DNA of 64,000 bases from Naegleria gruberi (taxonomy: Eukaryota), in assembly GCA_000004985.1 (NCBI GenBank), contig GG738866.1, one strand, 5' to 3'. Position numbers and translations under genes: made by a program. Every line of letters starts with the position of its first letter. Position 1 is the stretch's first letter. The notes under the pieces are model-generated. The model searched no databases, was not told the origin of the DNA, and worked only from the letters and a program-made list of their open reading frames with translations. Positions 1 through 9,852 of this stretch are shown piece after piece.

Positions 1-408
1 GTGAGGAAGTAGAAGAAGTGTGGCTAATGTGATGATGTTGTATCATGTCTGCTGTTGTGAGTGTAGTTGCACCACCTTCCACTATCGAGGAGGCAACAGA
101 TTGATCACTGGGCATGATACGATTATTGTTACTTGCTACTTGTGCAGCTCCACTCATCTGGGTGTTTTTCTTTAGTTTTGCATCTATTTGAAGGGTTTCA
201 AGGAAGTCGTCTTTATGCTTCAACATGTTCTCTTTTGGAGAAAGTTCGTTCAAGGCAAATTTGTTATCGGAATGTACAGTTGAGGGTTTTGTAATATTAA
301 TTTTTTCTGTCGATTGTAAGTCCCTCATAATGATGAGTTGTTGCTTTCCAATTTGAGGTACAACTAGTGGTGTTATTTTCTTGGGTTGAGTTGCTTGATT
401 ATTAACCA
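1..408 (-). CDS. 5' part of a hypothetical protein. The start codon is at 406-408 and the gene runs off the window start.
   Basis: The reverse complement from 408 reads ATG GTT AAT AAT CAA GCA ACT... (MVNNQATQPKKITPLVVPQIGKQQLIIMRDLQ...). The frame stays open with no stop to position 1, so it is absent from the ORF track only because it is incomplete. No recognisable domain. Confidence 0.4.
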
Positions 409-1116
409 TCCGATTTGATTAATTTTTCTAATAGGGTGGTATTCTATTCAGAGAACGAGAGAGACGAAGATGTTCAACTGGTAGCTGTATTAAATTGGAT
501 GAGGTGCTACCGGGAGTTTGAGACTTTTCAAAATTCAACTAAGGAAAAGAGATGATAACCACGAAATTGATTCAAGCACCACCGATGGGAATAACTATTT
601 CGCTTGGTATTAAAACAAATTTTTAAAAGATGATGGAAATGCAAAGGATATTTGGTGATTGTTATTGAGAGACTTTTTTAGTTTGTTAGAGTCCCTCCAA
701 AACAATTAAGAGAGATCAAGCCCAATTAAAAAAAGAAGGCGGGAAACATAAATAAGTCCAAATATTTACGAGTTCTCTTTTTACAGAATTCTTTGCAAGT
801 TTACAAGTTTTGAAAAAAATAGAGGACCTGACAAGTGGTTTTGGGTGTTATTCAAGCATATGGAATAAAATCTGAAATTAAAACATATGAAGTTGTTGGT
901 GACAATTAGCAACGAACAGAAGAATTAGACAAGTATTCATAATTATCAATTTATAAAGAAGTTTTTTGAAAGGCATTGATAATCTTAATCAAAGACATCA
1001 TTTCGACATGAATTATTTTACAAATGATTCTTTTGCATCCTTCTATAAGTTTAAAAAAGAAGGTGAGAAATATAAATAAGGCCAAATATGAGCTCAATAA
1101 TTTAGGTTTGATTTAT

Positions 1117-1539
1117 TTACACTTGTTCTTGTTGTTTTTCTTGTAATTGTTTCTTATAATTTTCCTCTTCCACCAAATAACTTGCTCCCAAATACATTTG
1201 CAACATCATTGGTGTGGCATCTCTGATATTCAATTTGATTTGATTCTTTCCGAGTCTACGATGAGCTTCATATCTGTGACAACCTCCAAATACATAGAGT
1301 TTACCAGATGGAGAACGTAATGCTTCCAGTGGTGGTACTTTATCATAATCAGTTTCAATTGTGTTCATGAGTGAGTCAACTTTGCACAGATCCAATTCCG
1401 GGAAGACTGGTCGAGAAATACTATCAATATCTACCATTTGCACATTTTGATAGGTAATATTCATTCGGGATAAGTGATTTAAATTATTGGTGGCTGATTC
1501 ATTAGAAGAGGATGATGGTGAAGATTCTTGTTGAGACAT
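1117..1539 (-). CDS. srx: Sulfiredoxin (ParB/Srx fold).
   Basis: 140-aa ORF with the diagnostic sulfiredoxin active-site motif FGGCHR (..KLYVFGGCHRYEAHRRLG..) and an N-terminal Ser-rich low-complexity tail. Confidence 0.85.
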   Translation of the reverse strand: MSQQESSPSSSSNESATNNLNHLSRMNITYQNVQMVDIDSISRPVFPELDLCKVDSLMNTIETDYDKVPPLEALRSPSGKLYVFGGCHRYEAHRRLGKNQIKLNIRDATPMMLQMYLGASYLVEEENYKKQLQEKQQEQV

Positions 1540-1839
1540 TTTTCTTAGTGTTGTTATGCTATTTCAACTCCCATTAGTTTGAAGTTTTTAAATAACTCTG
1601 TTACTGTGCAAGGACATGAAAGTCCATCCTTGAGATCGTACGATTTTTACATTTTTACTTCATCATCATGCTCGGAAAATTTAAAGCTAAAAAAATTCTT
1701 CATCATCATTGGAGTTGTTGATAATTTATTATTACCATCATTGACGTCATAATCGGAATAAGAATAGGGACGTTGTTTGATATTCTGGAACAATTTGTAA
1801 ATATATAAATAATTAGAAGAAGAAGAGAAATTTTAGAAA

Positions 1840-2298
1840 ATGTCTTTCGCAGGTGATGATAGATTTTCGGCCACCAATTCTCTCCGAAGGGAATACGATT
1901 CACTTCTTGAACATAAACAATACTTGCTGAAAGAAAATCAAGATCTTAGAGAATTTGATAGACAAATGAATCAAAAATTAACTTCTCATCACGAAGTGTT
2001 GAGAATGTTAACGACCAACATCCAAAGTGTTAAATTGGAAATTCAAAAATTGGAAGGTATCAAGGCACAACTGTTAAATGAGCAATCTTCTAAACTTGTA
2101 CAAGATGCTGAATCTGGCACTAGTGGGAATACTAATAATTTGGATAATCGGCAAGAATCAACAAATAATAATAATAAGGTAACACTGCAGGAAATATTAT
2201 TAACATCATACACCGAGGAAATATTATCCTCCATGGATCATAAGGATATTCTCCACATCATCCAAACACTACAACAAGCAACCAATCAAACAAAGTAA
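1840..2298 (+). CDS. Hypothetical coiled-coil protein, 152 aa.
   Basis: Complete ORF with heptad-like Leu/Glu/Lys periodicity (LLEHKQYLLKENQDLREFDRQMNQKL...) and an Asn-rich insert. No catalytic motif recognised. Confidence 0.4.
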   Translation: MSFAGDDRFSATNSLRREYDSLLEHKQYLLKENQDLREFDRQMNQKLTSHHEVLRMLTTNIQSVKLEIQKLEGIKAQLLNEQSSKLVQDAESGTSGNTNNLDNRQESTNNNNKVTLQEILLTSYTEEILSSMDHKDILHIIQTLQQATNQTK

Positions 2299-2356
2299 AG
2301 TGAATTTTTGGAAGTAGAACATCTCAGTTTTGAATGGATTTCAAAATGAATGTAAA

Positions 2357-2430
2357 GCCTTCCTAGCTCAGTTGGCAGTAGCGCTGTCCTAGTAAGACAG
2401 AGGTCTTGGGTTCGATTCCCAAGGGAGGCA
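2357..2430 (+). tRNA. tRNA-Thr, anticodon AGU.
   Basis: Folded by hand. Acceptor stem GCCTTCC/GGGAGGC with one G-U pair. Anticodon stem CTGTC/GACAG with loop C-T-AGT-A-A, anticodon at 2391-2393. T-arm TTGGG/CCCAA with loop TTCGATT. Discriminator A. CCA is not encoded. Confidence 0.9.
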
Positions 2431-2727
2431 ATGTTTTGGATGTTTAAATTACTTGATCACAATTCTAAGGTTGTAAGGATCCACTTTTTGGACAATGTTT
2501 CTTTTATGTTACACAATCTGTTTTAGAATTTCCCATTATGGAGCGTTCGCTTCAAATTTCAAATCTATCAAAGCAAGTTCACAACAAACAATGGCCACAG
2601 CAACAATGTTGAATCGCTCATTGTTGGTGCAGTTGCATTTTGACCTTTCAGAAATAACTTGATTATTTCGTCGTACTCCACAACCTCACAATTCTCCCAC
2701 ACAGAAACCAAGAACACTTATTAAAAA

Positions 2728-3408
2728 ATGGTTTGTGTCATTTTGCTATTGGATGTCAATAACACAGAATTGACCAACTCAACAGAAGAACACAGACGTT
2801 TATCTGCCAAGCTAAAGGATAAATATCAAACAACAGCCAAGTTGACCATCTTTGCACACTATTCCATCGATGATTCCAACAAACCTCAACATTATTTCAG
2901 CAGAAGAGATCCTTCATTCTCTCACAGCAGCTTACTAACTATGCCAGAATCTTCGTTCATCACAAACATTCTCCGATTTTATCCCAAAGCTCTAAAATAT
3001 GCACCTCCAGAATATAGAAATAATCAAGTTATAGTTTTGACAGCAGTTCGACATTATGATAGTTGTTTGGAATATGCTGGGGAGGAATTGTTGAATAGTT
3101 TACAGTTTGCTATGCGATTGGTGAGTGAGAGAGGTCTGTATTATAGATATTTACCTGAAAATGTCAAGTGTGAAAGACAAGTGGCAAGACAAGCTGTTAT
3201 GCAAAATGGGCACGTGTATCAGTTCCTATCTCAAGAATTGAGACAAGATGGAGAACTGTTAGTATTGGCAATGAAAACGAATAGTCAAGCCATTTCGTAT
3301 GCTCATCCTAAACTGTTATCTGAAATTAATAATCAAGAATTCAAGAGAGATTATTCTATACTATCTGAGAATAGAGATCATTTAAATGATTTGGCTATAA
3401 ATCCATAA
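2728..3408 (+). CDS. DUF4116-type repeat protein, 226 aa.
   Basis: Two or three ~45-aa repeats of the form ..ALKYAPPEYRNNQVIVLTAVRHYDSCLEYAGEEL.. and ..ARQAVMQNGHVYQFLSQELRQDGELLVLAMKTNSQAISYA.. These match the DUF4116 repeat pattern common in protist proteomes. Confidence 0.5.
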   Translation: MVCVILLLDVNNTELTNSTEEHRRLSAKLKDKYQTTAKLTIFAHYSIDDSNKPQHYFSRRDPSFSHSSLLTMPESSFITNILRFYPKALKYAPPEYRNNQVIVLTAVRHYDSCLEYAGEELLNSLQFAMRLVSERGLYYRYLPENVKCERQVARQAVMQNGHVYQFLSQELRQDGELLVLAMKTNSQAISYAHPKLLSEINNQEFKRDYSILSENRDHLNDLAINP

Positions 3409-3578
3409 CAGAAAGCTAACAAGATTTCGAATAAAAAGTACAACAATTATTAGTCTCTTTAGTAGAATGTATGGAGATGTTTCAAATAAAGTCACTGATC
3501 GACACTACATACAATGATGTTTCGGCAACTTTCGTTATCTCCATCAGTTGACTTTTCCAAGTTTAAAAAAAATATTCA

Positions 3579-5249
3579 ATGCAGCAAAATCGAAAGAATA
3601 GTAGGCAAGATCCAATTACATTGGAAAGGGTATACTTCTCTCCGGTATCATTGCAAAGTGATACTGAAAAACCATCATTATTCGAAAAAACTATTCGAAA
3701 GGAAAATCGTATTCATAATTTTTTCCTTAGTATTCGCATGAGTATTTGTACTTTCAATTTTATCATCTTTTTCATACTTGTTATAGTTTGTACATTAACT
3801 TTTGCTTTTTCCTTTCGCGATTCCTTTCGAATAGTTGAGAAGAAACAATCTGATGATTATTCGAAACAAACCATCAACGCTTTTCGAGATGAATTCTTAA
3901 ATCTTAATGACAAAATAGCCAACTATGCAATATGGGACAATATATACGAAATGGTCCATTCATCAAATGCTGCCAATCAAGTTTCTCTCTTCTTCCAAAC
4001 TTACTATCCCTGTTATTTCATGGAGAGAATGTCATTGAATTATATTGCAATGTATTATCCGAATGGTACCCTACTACATTACAAATCATGTTGGAATTTG
4101 GACGAAATTAATGGACTGATTGATGAATTAATTCATTTAGATTCGTTTTATTTAAGGAATTGGAATGATTCTTCAATGAGAGTGAATTCAATTTTGATAC
4201 CCAAACAGAAAATCAACAAGAAAACTTTCGAGTTGGAAATTCTTCCGCCAATTCAATTTAAAAATCATGCAAATCTTACGTATGAGGAAATTCTATTAAT
4301 TTCTGGAACCCCAATTCAAACTTTGAATACAAGTATGGCAGATGGGTTTATTATTTATGGAAGATATTTGGAAAGGGATGTTTTGAATGAAATTGCATTG
4401 AGAACTGGTCATTGCTTTACTGTTTATAATATGGATGATTTGACAGATGTGTCACAACTCAAAATTGATATGGATTTACAAAATGTGAATGGATTGAATG
4501 ATTCCCAAGTAGTATTTGAGTATTTAGAGAATGCCAATTATCATAATTTTGAATCTACTTTGAATGAATATTCATCTTTTTTTGATAGACACGAAATAGA
4601 AAGTTCAAGTTTTCTTACCAAAGTTTCACAAGTTTATTCATATGAAGATAGAACATGTCCTTCATACTTTGGAGTTTCAAATCCATCTACATCATCTGTT
4701 GGAACAAGATTAGTTAACTTTCTCTTATTCAGAGATTTTAAAAACAAGGCAGTAATGGTTGTGAGAATTGATGATGAGCGAAGGAATGAATCGATAATTA
4801 TTGGAGGATCCGCTTCAATCTATGTCTTCTTTGCACTTCTTTCCACAATCTTGAGTTTAGCATTGCAGGGATTTTTTGAAATTGGTATTATTCTAAGGGT
4901 TTCATCCATCCAAAAAATAATTAAGAAAGTCACACAAGACAATGACCCAACACTAAGAATACCCCCTCCAAAACACCAACTCCACGAAAAAGATGAAATT
5001 GGACAATTAGAAATCAACCTAAACGAAATGCTTCGAGCATTAGAATTGGTGCAACACAAACTCTCAAAAGATAACGAAATGATGAAAACAATTTTGGAGA
5101 GAATTACTGTAGAGGGAGAGAAATGTAAGGCAGTGATGAATAGTATTCAGGATTTTATATTTATTGTGGAGTGTGAGAGTGGAAAGTTGATTAGTTCGAA
5201 TGAAACATTTGAAAGAAAGGTTTCCAATGGTTCAAAAAATGTTTTGTGA
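3579..5249 (+). CDS. Two-TM sensor protein, 556 aa as annotated: large extracytoplasmic domain, then HAMP, then the start of a PAS domain. Broken by a frameshift at its 3' end.
   Basis: TM1 is ICTFNFIIFFILVIVCTLTFAF. It is followed by a ~330-aa N-glycosylation-rich ectodomain, then TM2 IIIGGSASIYVFFALLSTILSLALQGFF. A HAMP-like segment follows (..DEIGQLEINLNEMLRALELV..), then a PAS start (DFIFIVECESGKLISSNETFE). The ORF terminates at a TGA just after an A6 run at 5234-5239. Confidence 0.6.
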   Translation: MQQNRKNSRQDPITLERVYFSPVSLQSDTEKPSLFEKTIRKENRIHNFFLSIRMSICTFNFIIFFILVIVCTLTFAFSFRDSFRIVEKKQSDDYSKQTINAFRDEFLNLNDKIANYAIWDNIYEMVHSSNAANQVSLFFQTYYPCYFMERMSLNYIAMYYPNGTLLHYKSCWNLDEINGLIDELIHLDSFYLRNWNDSSMRVNSILIPKQKINKKTFELEILPPIQFKNHANLTYEEILLISGTPIQTLNTSMADGFIIYGRYLERDVLNEIALRTGHCFTVYNMDDLTDVSQLKIDMDLQNVNGLNDSQVVFEYLENANYHNFESTLNEYSSFFDRHEIESSSFLTKVSQVYSYEDRTCPSYFGVSNPSTSSVGTRLVNFLLFRDFKNKAVMVVRIDDERRNESIIIGGSASIYVFFALLSTILSLALQGFFEIGIILRVSSIQKIIKKVTQDNDPTLRIPPPKHQLHEKDEIGQLEINLNEMLRALELVQHKLSKDNEMMKTILERITVEGEKCKAVMNSIQDFIFIVECESGKLISSNETFERKVSNGSKNVL

Positions 5250-5542
5250 ATCAAATTATTTGTAATGAGAAGGATTTCATATCATTGGAAGAATCATTGC
5301 TAACTTTGGAATATTTATCTCAAAATCAGAATTGTGAAAGATATTTGGCCATACTCATTACGAATCCACTTGCTGAGAATGATAATCCATGGGATGACGA
5401 AACAATTCGAATAAGAAATGACATTCGTTCCAAGCACAACATTCCCATCACCTTATCAGTTGCCAAATCAAGAATTGTGTTATCGAAAGATACCATTGGA
5501 GATGCCTTTATCATTCTCGCTAAACCTCTCTTGGCGGTTTAA
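5246..5542 (+). pseudogene. Out-of-frame continuation of the sensor gene (rest of the PAS domain). It becomes contiguous with 3579..5249 if the A6 run at 5234-5239 is read as A7.
   Basis: Frame-2 ORF ..NQIICNEKDFISLEESLLTLEYLSQNQNCERYLAILITNPLAENDNPWDDETIRIRNDIRS..DTIGDAFIILAKP*. Inserting one A in the homopolymer gives a single ~654-aa ORF from 3579 to 5542. No intron can rescue this, because the alternative frame is closed until 5213. Confidence 0.4.
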
Positions 5543-5888
5543 TTTTCCTCATGTTTCATTATATTATAACGTAATTAATTGTGAGAATCATCTAAGCAAA
5601 TTTCGGGTAATTAAACCCTTATTAGGCCACTAAATGCGCGATCATTGCATTGCGGTTGCCAGCGAGAACTTATTATTAAGGAAACTCGAAACTATTAAGG
5701 GAAAGCATTGAAAAATTGCATCTCCACAATTTAAAAACAAAATAACCACGTTCCAACTTGATACTCACACACACTATATATTTGCCTTATTATATTTTTT
5801 TCAAGCGAGCAATAGGCAAAAAATTCAACAAACAATAAGACAATCCAAAGGTTCAAGTTAATAATAATATACAATATATAAGAATACC

Positions 5889-8644
5889 ATGAAGAATAAG
5901 GTAATTCCACAAGGTGAGGATAATACTCATCAACAAACACCTTCATCATCCACTTCATCAACAACACGAATGGCACTCCCAAACAAAACCTCCTCTAATA
6001 GCAGTATTGTTGTTGGGGGAGTGTCTCCTGTTGCCACATCTCCAGTAATGACCACCACCAACACCAACAACAAAACGACAAAACAAGATTCTTCCCAATC
6101 ATTCTCTATACAGGCAAGTGGGAAGGAGAGTGGTAAGGATTTAAAGGCCAGTTATCAAAGTTATCATTTTCATCCTAATCATGAGGATGAAAACGCCTCA
6201 ACCACCTCACATATGATGGAAATAGCCTATGGTGGAGGAATGTGTTTCAGATCAATAAGTTGCTGTTTGGTGGGGATTATATCTTCGTTGGTGATATTGT
6301 CGGTAGTTACATTGACTAGTATTTGGATATCAACTACTGTTCCAACATTAGCTGTGATGAGTTCGCAATTGAGAGTTGAGCAATTTTCAACAGTTGTAAA
6401 TAATATTAATCAAACGATACAGAATTTGGTCATTGGTATGTTTTTACTTTACCTTAATATACAAATAATACTTTTTCTAATTATAATTTAATATCTTGAT
6501 GGTATTTTTTATAGTATCTGAAACAACGAAAAGACTGTTAACAGAAGATTTTAATTTTTCAGATCCCTCCCTCATTGAAAAGACAATGTATAATTTGTAT
6601 AAGAGTGAAATGGCTCTAGGGCGATCTGAAATTACAATAACGCTGTATATTGGTGATACAGTGGGAAATTGTTGGGGGATTTATAGATCTGGTGATTCTG
6701 TCTTTTATCTAGATGTGAACAAACAACAGGGGCAGAAAATGTACCTTTGTGAAGATGTACAACACTCGGATTATTGCAAGAGAAATCTTGTGAATGCAAC
6801 TGTTGAACTGCCACCATTTGATCTTTCTCCATTGGTCACACATTCTCATGAGCATAGTGGAAGACCGTCATTTTCATTGAGTTATGTAGATTCGACAGTA
6901 CCTAGTGTGACTTTCCTTACACTCCTTAACACTTTCAATTCATCAAGAGTGAGCAATTTCAATTTCAATTATTATTTTGGTTATGATGTGACTTCAGCTT
7001 CAATTTCTTCTTTTCTAGAGAAACAAACCAAATCTGTTGATGGATCAGTTGCGTTTGTAATTGAAACTAAAACAGAATTCTTGATAGCATGTAGTGATAC
7101 TGCCCATCCCCTTGTTGAAGTTAATGAATCAAATGGAGAGGTGATCAGAAAAACTGGATTAACTTTTGCAGATGAATTAACATTCAAAATCGCTCAATTC
7201 ATGTATCATAGTGTAAATAATAATCTGAGCTCCCTAACTTGCGGAAAGGTTCTGTTGGCAGAGGGATCGTTGTACTATATCAATGCTATGAGAGTTTGTT
7301 CAGAACAGGATTTGGACTGGATTATCGTTTGGGCAACACCTCAGAATAGATATACTCAGAGTACAGTAATTGCATTGACAGTGTCTGGAATTTCAAGTAT
7401 TATCATTATCAGTGTTGCTCTCATTGTTGGATTTTTAGCATCCAAGTCAATTGTAAAACCATTTCACAAATTTATGCAGGCAGCAGAATCAATATCAAAT
7501 ATGGAATTGGAATCCTTTTCATTCTCAGATACTCGTATTATTGAAGTGGAAAAGCTGCAAAAAATGTTTGTCATGTTGGCAAATCGATTGAAAACCTACA
7601 GAAGTTTCCTACCTTCTAACGTCTTACTTGAAATTGATAATGGTGGAAAGGATATTAATGCCAATTCAAGTTATCACACCAAAGAATCTCATTTGGGATC
7701 ATTCCTAGTTGGAGGACATAGTAGAGGTTCAAGTTCTTTCAGCTTTAAGAAGAACAAACTGGCTTTAAGATTGGAAAAGAGACAAGTGACAATGTGTGGA
7801 ATTTATATTGAAGGATTTGATTATTGCATACATCATTTGGATTATCACGATATTATTATCATGTTGAGTGATTTATTTGACTCGATTCATAAAACTAGTC
7901 TGACTTCAGCTGCAGAAGTTGGACAATTCGATAACGAGCTCATCACTTTGGCCTGGAACTCCCTGGCTGATCAACCAAACCACATCTTTAGAGGAATTTC
8001 AAATTGTCACATTCTTAGAGATAAACTCTTGAAATCCCTTGAAAAATGGAATGCCAGAGAAGATATTGATCAAGCTCTCAATATTCGAATGTCGCTCCAC
8101 ACTCAAGAATCAATTGTTGGAAATATAGGTACGAGAGAAGCAAAGAGTCATGCCTCCATAGGAAGTTGCCATGCCAACATGAAGAAACTTTCCAAAACTT
8201 GTTCCAGCTTCTCAATTTCACTTCTGGTAACTGAACCAATTCACAAGGAATCTTCCGAATCATTCCTTACAAGATATATCGACACTATTCGATTGTTCCG
8301 TCAAAATGACTGCAGTATTAATATGAGTGAGGAAAAAACAGAAGATGTTGCAGTGTACGAAATTGGAAATAGAAATGATGTTAAAATGGATGGTAAGTAA
8401 TGCAAATATTATTGGCTTAACTAAACTATTTAAATTTCTAATAGAATGGATGTATGAATTGAAGGAAAGGGGAGAGAAAACCAAATGGGATCGATACATT
8501 CTAGGATGTCAATATTTCCACAATGAAGATTACAAAGAAGCTTTCGAATTTTTCGAAGATTATGAAACAATTTTCGAGGAAAGATATGGTCGCTCTGATT
8601 TACCAACTCTAAATCTAATGGCCAAGTGTAAATTGCATTTATAA
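5889..8644 (+). CDS. Receptor-type cyclase-homology protein with three exons: two-TM sensor, HAMP, then a class III nucleotidyl-cyclase-like domain with degenerate catalytic residues. About 874 aa.
   Basis: join(5889..6435,6515..8392,8445..8644). Intron 1 is a 79-nt GTATGT...ATAG intron and intron 2 is a 52-nt GTAAGT...AATAG intron; both restore the frame exactly. TM1 and TM2 flank a ~300-aa ectodomain, followed by HAMP (VKPFHKFMQAAESISNMELESF). The cyclase-homology domain reads RQVTMCGIYIEGFDY....AEVGQFDNELITLAWNS....ALNIRMSLHTQESIVGNIGT...SIGSCHANMKK. In the F-x-D-I-V-G-F-T position the first metal Asp is a Tyr. In the GDTVNxASR position Asn and Arg are replaced. Confidence 0.7.
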
Positions 8645-8676
8645 ACAGATAATTTCTTAGTGTTTCAGTAGTTCAT

Positions 8677-9810
8677 ATGTTTTCAAAAATTTGGAAGGCT
8701 TCTCTGACCTGTCATGATCTAAATATAAAGATTACAAAAAAAATGGGCAACAAGCAACCTTCCAACACTCCAGCCTTGCCTGCTGGTTATTCAAAGTCTT
8801 CATCATCGTGTACACCATCGAAGAGTAGTGGCCACTCTTTAATTACTGATTATTTTTCTACCAATTGTAAATTAATTAGAATTAGTGATGCTGATCGGAA
8901 ACAAGAATTGGAAAGTATGAATAGAAACAAAATTAAATATTCAAGTAAATTGGAAAATAATTTACCAGAGGAAATGATCATTCACATTTTGGATTATTTA
9001 CCCATTAGAAATTTAGTATTATTGCAACAAGTTTCGAAAAATTTCAAAATCTATTGGACTCTGTTTCCAGAATTGTGGACTAAATTTTCTGCTCCAATGA
9101 TGTACATGCCAGACAATAACGGAAATTGGACTAGCAGTTATATTCTCTTTCAACAATTCAAATTCAAATTGATGAATTCTTTTGTGAAGGATAAGAAAAC
9201 TCCTAATTTAGAAGGAAAAATTTCAAGAATTGCAGTGTTGGGTGATGATAAAATTGGAAAGACAATCCTTCATCATAGAGCATTTGGAGGTGAACCATTT
9301 TCAGAGATTTACACTTGGACCATTGGTGTCGAGTTTTTCAATCGAATTAATACTCAAAATTTATTGAGAATGCATTCGTGGGATTCTGGTGGTAATGAAC
9401 GATTTAGGGAAATTGTTTGGGGATATCACAAGACTGTAAAGAGTCACTTTTATTGTTTTGATTTGAATAATCACAATTCTTTTGAGAATGCCAAGAAATT
9501 ATTCTACTCTTGGAAGGAAAGATTTTTACAAACTGAAACTGTCGAGTCATTTTTGCAAAGTAATGAATCGTGCATTCTTCTACTGGGATTGAAATCAGAT
9601 TTGGAGCATAAAGTGACTCGAGATGAAATTCATGAATTTTTGGAAGATATTGAGCCACTTAAAAACAAGACACTTCACACCAGCAAAGTTCAATATTTTG
9701 AATTGAGCTCTAAATTAGATTCTGAATCGGATCTGCTTTTCCCATTTATTTATGCATGTTCGGTGGCGATTGAAAGGCCTCTTTTTTCTTCTTTTGGAGG
9801 TTCTAAATAG
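8677..9810 (+). CDS. F-box protein fused to a Rab-like small-GTPase domain with atypical G3/G4 motifs, 377 aa.
   Basis: F-box: LPEEMIIHILDYLPIRNLVLLQQVSKNFKIYWTLFPELW. GTPase domain: G1 is GDDKIGKT and switch I is TIGVEF. G3 is WDSGGNERF where the canonical form is WDTAGQERF (catalytic Gln is Asn). G4 is LKSD where the canonical form is NKxD. Confidence 0.7.
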   Translation: MFSKIWKASLTCHDLNIKITKKMGNKQPSNTPALPAGYSKSSSSCTPSKSSGHSLITDYFSTNCKLIRISDADRKQELESMNRNKIKYSSKLENNLPEEMIIHILDYLPIRNLVLLQQVSKNFKIYWTLFPELWTKFSAPMMYMPDNNGNWTSSYILFQQFKFKLMNSFVKDKKTPNLEGKISRIAVLGDDKIGKTILHHRAFGGEPFSEIYTWTIGVEFFNRINTQNLLRMHSWDSGGNERFREIVWGYHKTVKSHFYCFDLNNHNSFENAKKLFYSWKERFLQTETVESFLQSNESCILLLGLKSDLEHKVTRDEIHEFLEDIEPLKNKTLHTSKVQYFELSSKLDSESDLLFPFIYACSVAIERPLFSSFGGSK

Positions 9811-9852
9811 TTTTTCATGTACAAGTAGTGAAAAAGGTTTTCCAATCAATAA

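Noticed and set aside
3514-3741. 75-aa ORF overlapping the start of the sensor gene in another frame.
   Set aside because: It is fully contained within the first TM/ectodomain coding region of the 556-aa ORF. It has no independent support.
5418-5633. 71-aa ORF downstream of the broken sensor gene, considered as a further exon.
   Set aside because: It overlaps the PAS-coding frame. It has no homology to cyclase or PAS sequence. No acceptor/donor pair links it in frame.
5640-5662. Resemblance of CATTGCATTGCGG to the U1 snRNA ATTGCAC stem-loop.
   Set aside because: It is a seven-base match only. No U1 5' end (ACTTACCTG), no Sm site and no flanking snRNA-like structure are present.
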